A stretch of 64,000 nucleotides of DNA, taken from the NCBI RefSeq assembly GCF_009914755.1, contig NC_060927.1; one strand, 5' to 3'. This DNA comes from the human T2T-CHM13v2.0 reference genome, Homo sapiens. The position numbers and the translations under genes were made by a program. Of the stretch, positions 1 through 16,344 are shown in pieces. The notes under the pieces are model-generated. The model had not been told where the DNA came from. It saw only the letters and a program-made list of their open reading frames with translations, and did no database searches. Each line of letters begins with the position of its first letter. Positions within the stretch are counted from its first letter, which is position 1.

Positions 1-1336
1 TAGATTGTTTATTTGAATTTTTTTAATATTTTTTGATGTAGGCATTTATAGCTATAAATTTCCCTTTTAGTACTGCTTTTCCTGTATCCCATAGGTTTTG
101 GTATGTTGTATTTCCATCATCATTTGTTTCAAAGAAATTTTCAAGTTCTTTCCCAATTTCTTTATTGATCCATGATTAATTTGGGGGAATATTGTTTAAT
201 TTCCATGTATTTGTATAGTTTACAAAATTCCTCGTTTTTAATTTCTGTTCTATTCCATTATGGTTAGAGAAGATGACTGATATTATTTCAATTGTTTTGA
301 ATGTTTTAAGACTTGTTTTGTAAACTAAAATATAATTTATCCTAGAGAATAATTCATGTGCTGAGGAGAAGAATGTGTATTCTGCAGCCATTGAATAAAA
401 TCTTCTATAAATATTTATTAGATATATTTAGTCTATAGTGCAGATTAAGTCTGATGCTTCTTTGTTGATTTTCTATCTGGAAGATCACTCCAATGCTGAA
501 AGTGGAGTGTTGAAGTTTCCAGCTATTATTGTATCAGGGCCTATCTCTCTCTTTACCTCTGATAAGGTTTGCTTTATATATCTGGGTGCTCCACCTTTGG
601 GCTTATATATATTTAAAATTATTATATTATCTTGCTGAATTGACCCCTTTATCATTATAGATTACTTTCTCTGTTTTTTCTTATAGATTTGGTCTTGAAA
701 TCTATTTTTTCTGATATAAATAGAGCAACTTCTGCTCTATTTTGACTTCCATTGGCATGGAATATCTTTTTTGATATCTTTATTTTCAGCCTATGTGTGT
801 CTTTATAGGTTTTGTGTGTTTCTTGGCAACAGATCAATGAGTCTTGTTTTTTTCATCCATTCAGCCAGTCTATGTCTTTTAATTAAACAGATTAGTCCAT
901 TTACATGTCATGTTATTAGTGATGAGTAAGGACATACTCCTGCCATTTTGGTATTTGGTTTTTGGTTGTTTTGTGGACTTCTCTTCCTTCTTTCCTACCA
1001 GTCTTCCTCTAACGAAAGTGATTGTCTTTAATGACATGATTTAGTTTCTTGTTTTTTTATTTTTTGTGTCTCCCTAGTAAGTTTTTTTGGTTTAAGGTTA
1101 CCACGAGACTTGCAAATACTATTTTATATCCCATTATTTTAACCTTTCAACAACTTAACACTGTTTGCATAAACACATTAACAAGCAAAAAGCAAATTCA
1201 TAAAACCTACATGGCTTAACTTTGTCCTCTAGCTTTTAAACTTCTTGTTTACTGACTTTTTCAATATTCAGGTGGTCTTGAAATGTTGTAGTTATTATTT
1301 TTGATTGATTCATCATTTAGTCTTTCTACTTAGCAT
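1..1336 (-). mobile_element. Old LINE-1 (L1MA1-3/L1M1-like), left part: inter-ORF spacer and decayed ORF2 endonuclease region; continues off the window edge
   Basis: Minus-strand translations resemble the L1 EN domain (ICCQETH...HRLKIK at 655-837; EYTFFSSAH...TWKLNN at 176-391). ORF2 ATG at 946-944 hits a stop after 12 codons. The sequence resumes at 7435 after the nested L1. Confidence 0.85.
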
Positions 1337-1354
1337 AATAATTTACACACCACA

Positions 1355-2260
1355 GGAGGAGGAGCCAAGATGGCCGAATAGGAACAGCTCTGGTCTACAG
1401 CTCCCAGCCTGAGCGACGCAGAAGATGGGTGATTTCTGCATTTCCATCTGAGGTACCAGGTTCATCTCACTAGGGAGTGCCAGACAGTGGGCGCAGGTCA
1501 GTGGGTGCGCGCACCGTGAGCGAGCCGAAGCAGGGCGAGGCATTGCCTCACTCGGGAAGCACAAGGGGTCAGGGAGTTCCCTTTCCTAATCAAAGAGAGG
1601 GGTGAAGGAGGGCACCTGGAAAATCGGGTCACTCCCACCCTAATACTGAGCTTTTACGATGGGCTTAAAAAACAGCGCACCATGAGATTATATCCCGCAC
1701 ATGGCTCGGAGGGTCCTACCCCACGGAGTCTCGCTGATTGCTAGCACAGCAGTCTCAGATCAAACTGCAAGGCGGCAGCCAGGCTGGGGGAGGGGCGCCC
1801 GCCATTGCCCAGGCTTGATTAGGTAAACAAAGCAGCTGGGAAGCTCGAACTGGGTGGAGCCCACCACAGCTCAAGGAGGCCTGCCTGCCTCTGTAGGCTC
1901 CACCTCTGGGGGCAGGGCACAGAAAAACAAAAAGACAGCAGTAACCTCTGCAGACTTAAATGTCCCTGTCTGACAGCTTTGAAAAGAGCAGTGGTTCTCC
2001 CAGTACGCAGCTGGAGATGTGAGAACGGGCAGACTGCCTCCTCAAGTGGGTCCCTGACCCCTGACCCCCGAGCAGCCTAACTGGGAGGCACCCTCCAGCA
2101 GGGGCACACTGACACCTCACACTGCAGGGTACTCCAACAGACCTGCAGCTGAGGGTCCTGTCTGTTAGAAGGAAAACTATCAAACAGAAAGGACATCCAC
2201 ACCAAAAACCCATCTGTACATCACCATCATCAAAAACCAAAAGTAGATAAAACCACAAAG
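1355..2260 (+). promoter_or_regulatory. L1 5'UTR with internal sense promoter and antisense promoter; YY1 motif intact
   Basis: CCAAGATGGCCG YY1 site at about 1365-1376; CpG-rich first ~500 bp; ~905-bp UTR ahead of the ORF1 ATG. Promoter activity is inferred from the family, not observed. Confidence 0.8.
1755..1805 (-). pseudogene. L1 ORF0, truncated by a nonsense codon (MAGAPPPAWLPPCSLI*)
   Basis: ATG at 1805-1803 on the minus strand; reads like the ORF0 N-terminus; TGA at 1757-1755 where the family has TCA (Ser). Confidence 0.8.
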
Positions 2261-3277
2261 ATGGGGAAAAAACAGAACAGAAAAACTGGAAACTCTAAAA
2301 ATCAGAGCGCCTCTCCTCCTCCAAAGGAACGCAGCTCCTCACCAGCAATGGAACAAAGCTGGATGGAGAATGACTTTGACGAGCTGAGAGAAGGAGGCTT
2401 CAGACGATCAAATTACTCTGAGCTACGGGAGGACATTCAAACCAAAGGCAAAGAAGTTGAAAACTTTGAAAAAAATTTAGAAGAATGTATAACTAGAATA
2501 ACCAATACAGAGAAGTGCTTAAAGGAGCCGATGGAGCTGAAAACCAAGGCTCGAGAATGACATGAAGAATGCAGAAGCCTCAGGAGCCGATGCGATCAAC
2601 TGGAAGAAAGGGTATCAGCAATGGAAGATGGAATGAATGAAATGAAGCGAGAAGGAAAGTTTAGAGAAAAAAGAATAAAAAGAAATGAGCAAAGCCTCCA
2701 AGAAATATGGGACTATGTGAAAAGACCAAATCTACGTCTGATTGGTGTACCTGAAAGTGATGGGGACAATGGAACCAAGTTGGAAAACACTCTGCAGGAT
2801 ATGATCCAGGAGAATTTCCCCAATCTAACAAGGCAGGTCAACGTTCAGATTCAGGAAATACAGAGAATGCCACAAAGATACTCCTCGAGAAGAGCAACTC
2901 CAAGACACATAATTGTCAGATTTACCAAAGTTGAAATGAAGGAAAAAATGTTAAGGGCAGCCAGAGAGAAAGGTCGGGTTACCCTCAAAGGAAAGCCCAT
3001 CAGACTAACAGCGGATCTCTCAGCAGAAACCCTACAAGCCAGAAGAGAGTGGGGGCCAATATTCAACATTCTCAAAGAAAAGAATTTTCAACCCAGAATT
3101 TCATATCCAGCCAAACTAAGCTTCATAAGTGAAGGAGAAATAAAATACTTTACAGACAAACAAATGCTGAGAGATTTTGTCACCACCAGGCCTGCCCTAA
3201 AAGAGCTCCTGGAGGAAGCACTAAACATGGAAAGGAACAACCGGTACCAGCCACTGCAAAATCATGTCAACTTGTAA
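2261..3277 (+). pseudogene. L1 ORF1p (338 codons) with one in-frame stop at codon 100
   Basis: MGKKQNRKTGNSK start; ORFs 2261-2560 and 2621-3277 are in the same frame; TGA at 2558-2560; REKG, ARR and YPAKLS motifs present. Confidence 0.95.
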
Positions 3278-3313
3278 AGACCATCGACACTAGGAAGAAA
3301 CGGCATCAACTAA

Positions 3314-7173
<3,860 letters not shown>

Positions 7174-7434
7174 ACAATGAGATCACATGGACACAGGAAG
7201 GGGAACATCACACTCTGGGGACTGTTGTGGGGTGGGGGGAGGGGGGAGGGATAGCATTGGGAGATATACCTAATGCTAGATGACGAGTTTGTGGGTGCAG
7301 CACACCAGCATGGCACATGTATACATATGTAACTAACCTGCACAATGTGCACATGTACCCTAAAACTTAAAGTATAATAATAAAAAAATCAATCAATCAA
7401 TCAATAAAAATAAAAAATAATTTACACACCACAG

Positions 7435-10413
7435 TTACAATGTTATAATATTCTGTGCTTTTCTGTACACTTACTATTACCATTGAGTTTTGTACCTTCA
7501 GGTGATTACTTATTTCTCATTAATGTCCTTTTCTTTCTGATTGAAACACTCCCTTTAGCATTTCTTGTATGAAAGTTCTGGAGTTGATGAAACCCCTTAG
7601 CTTTCGTTTATTTGGAAAAGTCTTTATTTCTTCTTCATGTTTGAAGGATATTTTCTGCAGATACAGTATCCTAGGGAAAAAGCTTTTTCTTTTCCTTCAG
7701 CATTTTAAATATGTCATGCCGCTCTCTGCTGGCCTGTGAGGTTTTTCATGAAAATTCTGCTACCAGATGTTTTAGAGTTCCATTTTATGTTATCTGTTTC
7801 TTTTCTCTTTCTGCTTTTAGAATCCTTTATCCTTGATATTTGGGAGTTTGAGTATTAAATGCCTTGAAGTGGTCTTCTTTGGGTTAAATCTGCTTGGTTT
7901 TCTACAACCTTCTTGTACTTGAATATTAGTATCTTTCTCCAGGTTCAAGAAGTTCTTTGTCATAATACCTTTGAATAAACTTTGTCCTCTTATCTCTTTC
8001 TCTACCTTCTCTTTAAGGTCAATAACTCTTAGATTTTTCCCTTTTGCTTTGCCTATTTTCTAGATTCTGTATGTATACTTTATTGTTTTTTATTTTTTGT
8101 CTCCTCTGACGGTGTATTTTCAAATAGGCTGCCTTTGAGCTCACTAATTCTTTCTTCTCCTTAATCATTTTTGCTATTAAAGGACTCTGATGCATTCTGC
8201 AGTATTTCAGTTGCATTTTTCATCTCCATAATCTGTTTGATTCCTTTTAATTATATCAATATCCTTGTTACATTTATCTGATAAAATTATGAATTCCTTC
8301 TCTTTGTTATCTTGAATATCTTTGAGTTTCCTCAGCACAGCTATTTTGAAGTCTCTTTCTGAAAGTTCACATATCTCTGTTTCTCCAGTATTGGTCCTCT
8401 ATGCCTTACTTAGTTCATTTGATGAGGTCATGTTTTCCTGGATGGTGTTGATGCTAGTAGATGTTCTTCTGTGTCTGGTCATTAAGGAGTTAGCTATTTA
8501 TTGTAGTCTGCACTGTCTAGGCTTGTTCATAGCCCTCCTTCTTAGGAAGGCTTTCCAGGTATTTGGAAGGACTTGAGTATTGTGATAGAAGCTGTACCTA
8601 CCTTAGGGAGCACCCCAAGCCCAGTAATGCTGTGGTACTTGAAGACTCATAGAGGTACCACTTCGATGGTCTTAGACAAGATCCAGAATTCTCTGGATTA
8701 CCAGGCAGACTCTTGTTCTCTTCCTTTACTATCTCCCAAACAAACAGAGTCTCTGCCTCTGTTCTGAGCCACCTAAAGCTGGGGATGGAGTAACATAACC
8801 ACCCCTGTGGCTACCACCACTATGACTGTGCTGGGTCAGACCTGAATCCAGCAGAGTACTAGGTCTCATCCAAGGCCTGCAGTAACCAGTCCCTGGCTAC
8901 TGCCTATGTTTGCTGAAGGCCCTGGGGCTCTACAGTCAGCAGGTGATAAAGCCAGCCAGGTCTGTTTCCTTCCCTTCAGGATGGTGAGGTCCCCCAGGCC
9001 CCAGGTGGATCCAGAGGTGCTGTCTTGGAGTCAGAAACCTTAGATGTCTACCTGCTGTTCTATTGTATTGCAGCTGAGCGGGCATTCAAACCATAAGACA
9101 TAGTCCTTCCCCCTCTTACCTACTCTTTGGAAAGGCAGAGGAGCCTTATCCCATAGCCATTGCCATCCAGGCTGCAAAGAGTACTGCCAGACTGCCAGTC
9201 AATGTTCCCTTAAGGCCCAAGGGCTCTTAAGTCAGCTTACAGTTAATGCTACCTGGCCTAGGATTCATCCTTCAGGGCAGTGGGCTTTCCTCTAGCCCAG
9301 GACAGATCCAGGAATGCTGTCCAAGAGTCAGTGCTTGGAATCAGGGACCCCAACAGCCCCCTTGGTGCTCTGCCCTCCTGTGGTTGTGGGGATACCTAAG
9401 GTTTAAGACAAAGTCCCCTTTACTTTTCCCTATTCTTTTCTCAAACAGAAGGAGTTTTGCCCCACAGCCACCTCAGCTGATAATGATGTACTGAGTCTCA
9501 CTTGAAGCCAGCAAGGTCTCACAGGCTCACCCAAGGCCCTCAATGCAGTACCTGGGTATCACTGCTAATTATTCTGGGGCCAGGGACTTTTCATTTAGCA
9601 GACAATGAACGCTGGCAGAACTGGGTTTTTTCCTTCAAGGCAATGGGTTCCCTTCTGGCCCAGGGTATGTCTAGAAATGTCTGAGAGTAGGGCCTGGAAC
9701 AGGGGCCTCATGTCTCTGACTAATGCCCTATCTTGCTGTGGCTGAGTTGGTATTCAAGATGCAAGACAAAGTCCTCCTTACTCTTCCCTCTCCACTCTCC
9801 AAGCAGAAGGAGGGGGTCCCTTTTGGAGATGTGAGCTGTGTAACCTGCAGTTAGGGGAGGAGCGGTGCCACACTCCCTTGGCTGTCCCAGCTGGTATTTC
9901 ACTATGTTGTGTGCCTGCCCTGCCCCAGTCCACTGTCTCTGGGCATAGTTCAGCACTAGTACTCACCTAAGAATCTCAGTCTTTATGGCCCAGACAGCCT
10001 TTCAAGTTTACATGGAGACAGAGAGTGCTGTAGCCCTCAGTGGCGAGATTTGCAGGCACTCAAGTTCAGACCACTGGGGTCAGCAGTTCCCCTCTGGATA
10101 GAGCTGGTTTAAATGCTCCCTCCATGGGTGGGTGTCAGCTGAGTTTGGTCCAGTTTTCACTTCTGCTGTAACAGGACAGCACTGAATTGTTGTGTTCCCC
10201 CTCCCCCAATGCCCAGAGATGGTCTCTGCACTACTCTGCTGCTGCCAGGTGAAGGAGTAGCGTCGGCTATTCAAGACTATCTCTTCACTTGATGTTTGGT
10301 TCTCATGAAGATGTTTTTTCTGTGTAAATAGTTGTTAGCTTGGTGTCCTTGTTGCGGGATGGTGGGGTGAAAATTGGCGGAGCTTTCTATCCTGCCATCT
10401 TGCTCCACCTCCT
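7435..10413 (-). mobile_element. Old LINE-1 (L1MA1-3/L1M1-like), right part: decayed ORF1 and long 5'UTR up to the 5' terminus
   Basis: Continues the spacer interrupted at 1336. The reverse complement of 10379-10413 is AGGAGGTGGAGCAAGATGGCAGGATAGAAAGCTCC, an L1 5' start with a YY1-like motif. Confidence 0.85.
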
Positions 10414-11879
10414 CAACATTTCTGCTTTGAAAAGCATTATTTTGGAGAGAAAATAGTCCTTAAAATAATTTGATGGCAAATTTTAGTCAAATAAAAGGTG
10501 ACACAATAACAAGAGCAAAAGAGTTTCAGAGAACATGTGGCATATTGTGTCAAGTGGATCCATTCAAGTTCTTCAGAACAATTTCTTGGATACTTTGTGA
10601 TTCTGGCTTCTCTGAGAAGATCAACTGCCTGGAAGAATTGTATAAAGATGGAGACTAAGGTGCAGGCAAAAGATGAGAGGGTGAACGTGGAAAGAAAAGA
10701 TGTCAGGCTTTAAATCCTTCTGGAAGAGGTTAGCTTGGGACAGAACATTGCCTGAAGACTAATGACAAAGCAGTTATCATTTTGAGTGGAATTGAAGAAA
10801 TGTTTCCTAGGCCATCTCAAATGATAAATAGTGTTAGATTGAGTGACTATTGGCTTTTTAGCCACTGGGTTTAGCATGAGGTATGTGCTTCCTTGCAATT
10901 AGTCTCAGATTAGAACATTGTTTCTTGAGTGGACAAAGGGAGCCCAAATGGGTCAATGAATGGAAAACTTCTTTATTGACAAGAAAACATGTGTAAACTT
11001 GTGATTGCTGCAGGTTGGCTCAAAAGCTAATGTGAGTTGTGATCGCCTTTTTGTGTTGCATGGGAGAATGGAACATGTGGAAGACAAAGGAATAGCTCAG
11101 ATTAGTGTCTAATAAATGTCAAATTCGTTAGCCATTTGAGTAAGAAATAGACTTGTTGGTGTAGAAAAATTGGTATCCTTGAATAAGAGGAATTTAGCCT
11201 ATTTTTTGTTTACATACTAGTTAAATACATTTCTTAATACATGGTGAAAATAGTGGTGACTTAACATTAATTTGTAGAAAAGACATCTGAATTATGATAG
11301 AGACTGGATGAAGTTTGGTATTAGCAGCATCAAGTCAAGAGTGTTGAACCATGTATTTCCTGGTTCTTTGCTGTCACTCCCTGTCTTCATTCCACTCAAC
11401 AAAGTCAAGCATGGATCACTTCAGGAAAGCAGTGTCTCACCTACTTGAATGAGTTCTTTCCATGTTTTTCCTTTGAATTCCTTTAAATTTTTCTGATAGG
11501 CACCCATTCACTTTGGTCTCAACTTCAGAGATAAGTAAGACAGCCTTCAATGAGCCTCCCATATAAAGTTATCACTATTCTGAATGATGAATATAAAAGT
11601 ACTTGCAAAATGAGAGCAACAAAAGTAGAAACACTGTAGCATTCACCATGATCCTCTGCAGAAAAAGGGAACAGGAGGCACTATAGGGAGGTGCTAGTAA
11701 GTCAGTACTTACTATGGGATTTAAAGCCTGATCCAGATTATGCTTTAACTCTACCAGTATCAGAATTCAACCTTCACAAAGTTTAAGTTAAGAAGTGAAA
11801 GAAATTTGGTTAAATGAAAGGAAAGTGTGATCACAAAGGATTAAAATAATAAGAAAAATACACGACTAAATACTCAGAG

Positions 11880-12020
11880 AAAGTTTGGCCAACTTAGAGA
11901 ATTTTCAAAGTAAAATTTTTGAAAATGATAAAGCCTAAACCTTTAATTTCATGGATGAAGAAATTATAAGTCTTGTACAGGGATGGTGGTAATGCCAAGA
12001 CTAGAACGCGGGTCACTAGC
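11880..12020 (-). mobile_element. Degenerate MIR SINE fragment
   Basis: ttcatggatgaagaaatt resembles the MIR core, followed by ...ccaagactagaac. Confidence 0.35.
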
Positions 12021-12909
12021 TTTATGGGCCACTTTCTTTTCTGTTGCACTAAGGTTATTTGGATGCTGGTGATTGTTGCAGCTGTCAAGGATGACCACAA
12101 ATCCTGGCTGGTCAGCTGGCCCACAGAGCTTCCTGCTGCTTGCCTTCAGGAGTTGACACCATCTCCCTCAGAAATGGAGAGGTCTCTTCCAATTAAACTT
12201 TACTGACGAAAATAGGTAGTTTTCCATAATTTGCTGATTTGATTCTTTTGGAATACTGCATTGAAATAGCATTTCTCTTGACTATGGAGTTTGGGGCCTT
12301 TTCTGAAGTTTTGCATTGGAGGCAAATGTCTCCTTCACCTCCCCCTAGATCCAGCCTTGGTCTTACTATTCTTTGGTTAGCAGGAGAAATCTTCTACCTT
12401 GCATCTGGTAAGGCATAGGAACTTAACTAGCCACAGAAAATTTATATTACTTTCCTCATGTTTTTCTTGGAAAATTTCCTGCATGCTTTGTTATGATTTT
12501 ATTCCCTATGTTTAATTCTTAAGACTCCATAATGATTATAGACAGCTCATGAAAATATTGCCCATCTACTTGGGCTTCATCAGGCTAAAGCTTTCAAAAA
12601 CAGCTGCAAATAGAGTAAAAACTAACACACTTTAAGGAACCATAGGAGGGATACTGGAGCTGGCCAGAAAGGAAAGATGGAAGGAGGGTTTCCATTAAGC
12701 TACCATGAGAAGATCCAACTACCACATCTTTTTCAATAAATTCCATTAAGTATTTTGCAGGGTGCAATGATATAGAGAAAAATGGCAAGGGGTGGGGATA
12801 AAGGAAAATCCTTTAGAATCAGACATATCTGAATCTTATACTGCCTGCCCCTTGAACAATTTAAAGAGTCCAACATCCATCAACTATTGTGACTATTGCA
12901 GAATATGAT

Positions 12910-13605
12910 ATTTCATTCATTTCTTTGTTCAACGGATATATACTGGGTACATACTATGTGTTAGGCACAAATATAAGAGCTTAGGAACTGGCAGGAGGAA
13001 AAATATATTCCTTCCTTCATGGGGTTTATATATAGTGGGGAAACAAACAATAAAAGTCAGGCATTTACACTGACTACTCCTTCTCTGGGAACCCATACCT
13101 CCAGATACCTTTATGGATACTGTATACTTTTTCAAGGCACATAGCATCTACAGACTATATATATATTCATAATTCTGTATTTTTAATCTTTTTTAACTTT
13201 TAGTTTCAAGGGTACATGTGTAGGTTTTTTATATAGGTAAACTGCGTGTCACAGGGGTTTGGTGTACAGATTATTTCATCACCCAGGTAATAAGCATAGT
13301 ACTCAATAGGTATTCTTTCTGATCCTTGCCCTGTGGTTGGGAGGAGGGAGAGGATGTGTTTACATGTATAGTCCACAGAATGCCCTAATGGATTGGATAT
13401 AGGGTGTGAGAGGAAGAAGAGTTGACATTGATCCCAAGGTATTGGTTCAAGCAACTGAAAGGATGAAATTACAATGAACTGAAATGGGGAAGTCTGTGAG
13501 AGAGGTATGTTTGACAGAGAAGATCGAGTTCAGTTTTGGATTTGTTAAGGTTGAAGTGTCGTCAAATAACCAAGTGGAAATGTTGAGTGAACAGCTGGAA
13601 ATCCA
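12910..13605 (-). mobile_element. L2 LINE fragments (3' end and upstream piece) interrupted by a short L1
   Basis: ttcattcatt...actatgtgttaggcac is L2 3'-end-like; ggattggatatagggtgtgagagg...gagttcagttttgga is L2-like. Confidence 0.6.
13188..13332 (-). mobile_element. Short L1PA15/16-type 3'-end fragment
   Basis: ttttttaacttttagtttcaagggtacatgtg...gattatttcatcacccaggtaataagcatagtac. Confidence 0.75.
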
Positions 13606-13619
13606 ATTACTATTAATAT

Positions 13620-14055
13620 TAACAATAACAACAGCAGAATTTCTTGAGTGCCAAGTATATTTCTATGTAATTTACATGCATTTATATTGTTTTATTATCT
13701 CTATTTTATAGATGAAATTCAAGAGGTTAAGAAACCTGGCCTGGTCAGAGGTTAGAAAACTATATAGGTCATGGGCCAAATTCAGTCCACTGTGTGTTTT
13801 TTAAGTAAAGTTTTATGAGAACACAGCCACACTTACTTGTTAGCATGTCTGTGGTTGCTTTCATGATGCAAAAGTGAAGTTCAGTAATTGTGAAAGAGAC
13901 TGTATGGCCCACAAAGTCAAGATATTTGCTATCAAGCCTTAACAGAAGAAGTTTGCTAATTCTCACCCTTGGTTATTCAGCTAGACAGTGACAGACTATG
14001 GATTCAAACCAGCCAGACTGACCTGAAAATGCACATAGCCTAGCCACTATGATCT
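13620..14055 (-). mobile_element. MIR split by MER58A
   Basis: attttatagatgaa...agaggttaag before the MER58A, and cagctag...ggattcaaacc...ccactatg after it. Confidence 0.55.
13746..13965. mobile_element. MER58A-type hAT-Charlie DNA transposon (MITE)
   Basis: Degenerate TIRs cagaggttagaaaact and agtttgctaattctc; internal aaagttttatgagaacacagccac and gagactgtatggcccacaaag. Confidence 0.8.
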
Positions 14056-14719
14056 ACTTCCTCCCAAGTACATGCAAACCTGTTCTAACTTTTAATATAA
14101 AATTTAATGTTATTTTTCTTTCTCTAGAAGCCACTAAATCCATATTTTTGCGCTACATTCCAAGCCCTTCTTCACATGGAGTAGAATAAACATATTTCCT
14201 GTGAATAATGGTTAGGGGCTTAGATCTAGGAGAAATTAAACATTGCTAGATATATCATATGTTCTTTCTTTGAATAAAAGTCGCATGGTGTAGAAGTGAA
14301 AAAGGGGGTATTGAATGAAACCAAAAGAAGAGAGGTGCCACATTGAAGTATATGGAAACCTCAGGGCCCTGCCTCAAAAGGGGGCTTGGCAATATGGAAA
14401 GTACAAGGTAATGTAGACAGGGAAAGAACTACTGCAAGGAGCACTGTTTTCCTGACTAGGAGTATGAGGGAGTTCACCAACACTGAGGTTGCTATTGGGG
14501 TGAAATTTGTTACGGCTAGCTATCTGGCCATTCCACATCCAGAAAGCCCACAATCCTGTTCTTTAGTCATAATATAAGCAGGCCAGTGTCTTGCCCATGC
14601 TTTCCATTATCGAAGGTCATAGTTTTTGGTCACTCTGTGAAGGTTTCATTCCTGACACATGTCAGGATATTAGAAAGCATAAAAGAAGCCCCAAGGACAT
14701 GGAGGTCTATAGTTATGGA

Positions 14720-14892
14720 GGTAGTAGCTCCTAAAGTTTGGGTTCAAATCAACAAGGCTAAGAGTATTTTAAACTGATGTTGAGGTTGGAAAGTTGTCAT
14801 ATAAGAGGATTAAATGAAAAGAATAAAATATTTTTAATAAAGTGCTCATTAGAATGCTTGGTACATAGTTGGTGTTCAGTAAATGGTAGGGT
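14720..14892 (+). mobile_element. MIR 3' fragment
   Basis: gaggattaaatga...aaagtgct...tggtacatagttggtgttcagtaaatggtag. Confidence 0.55.
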
Positions 14893-16344
14893 AATAGAGA
14901 CTGTAATGGATAAAACTCTAAGTAAGGCTTGCTACCCGGACACTGTGGAAGGGAGATGAGATTTATAGGCTCTGGATTTTAGAGAATCGTTGAAATACTT
15001 CAACGGATGGAAAAAAGATACTTGTAGCTATCACACTCATTTTGGAAATGCCAATGCATCTGCTAAAGAGATTGAAATTAATTTGTTGGCTTTCATCCGG
15101 AAGGCAGATAAACACTGCCCATGTTTACTCTCTCCATTTACTCAGCAAACCCTTTGATCCATGAATTTGCTCCACAGTGAAAGGATAAATTTCATTCCTG
15201 CCCTACGGAAACACAGGAGATTGTAGACGAGAGAATTCCCCACTAGCACAATCTGTCTATTATAAGACTAAGCTTTGGTAGCTATGATAGTGTCATTTTC
15301 TGAGCCAGGAGCAGAGCTTGTGTCCAAGGCTGCACTGTTAATGGCAGCATTAAAAAAGTGTTGAGACTAGACAATTCTGGCTTTTACAGCGTCTACAGCA
15401 CCTCAAGGCCAGTATTTCCTTTATGACTGTCATTACTACTGGACTGCAGACTTTGGAGCTTGGTTTGCTACTAGTGAATTGTTAGCAAGTAAAACATTGA
15501 TGATCAGTAGCATCAATGCCAAAAAGAGTGATTGGGTTATTAAGGCTTTTAGGAAGAATACAGTTATCAAGGCTCTAGAGAGGCTACCAAGGAGTAAATA
15601 AAACCTCTCTTGATCCCTTCTCCAATTGTAGTGAGTGATATCTTCTCTTCTGATATCATTTCTTCATTTCACATCTTATGGGAGTTTCCTTTCTCTGACC
15701 ACCAGCTAAAGTGGAGGTAAACAAAAAGAATCTAATTAACACTCTTCTCAAATCCCACCTATGACAGCAGGAATGATGCTTTTCAAGCAGTCTTTATTTG
15801 AAACTAAAAACAAATTTAATTCCCTTTGAGAAGTATTTAGTAAGCATTGCCAATGCTTCTAGAACTTTATTGGACACTGTTAGGTACCAGGATTGTCTAA
15901 GGCATAAAATGGCTGTGGTAAATATATAAGATGCTTCCTGCTAAAGAAAAATTCCAGGTTAAACCCTCTTATATAGCCCAAAATGGTGAGAAAATGAGTA
16001 AGGGTTGTCAGTCTATCTTCAGCTGGGAATCCAGGTGATTGTATAATACAATTTGATTGTATCATTTCTGTTAGTGGTGAACAGATCCGGGGTATTAATT
16101 CTCAATTATCCAAAATTCTGGTTGTACTTCCATTATTGTAATTACAGTGTTGTATTGCCACTCTCCCCTGCTAGACTGAGGAAAGGAAACCCAGTTATCA
16201 TCTCTATTAACCCATGGTATAATGCCTAGGTCCAGTAAAGATGATTATTAAATGCTAACTTATTAAATTAAAAGACAAGTGAATAAAAGTGGTGAAAATG
16301 AGGACTGATAAAATTACTTAAATAATATGGGCAAAAGTTTATGT

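Noticed and set aside
7217-7250. G-quadruplex-forming G-run tract
   Set aside because: Standard feature of L1PA 3'UTRs, not specific to this locus.
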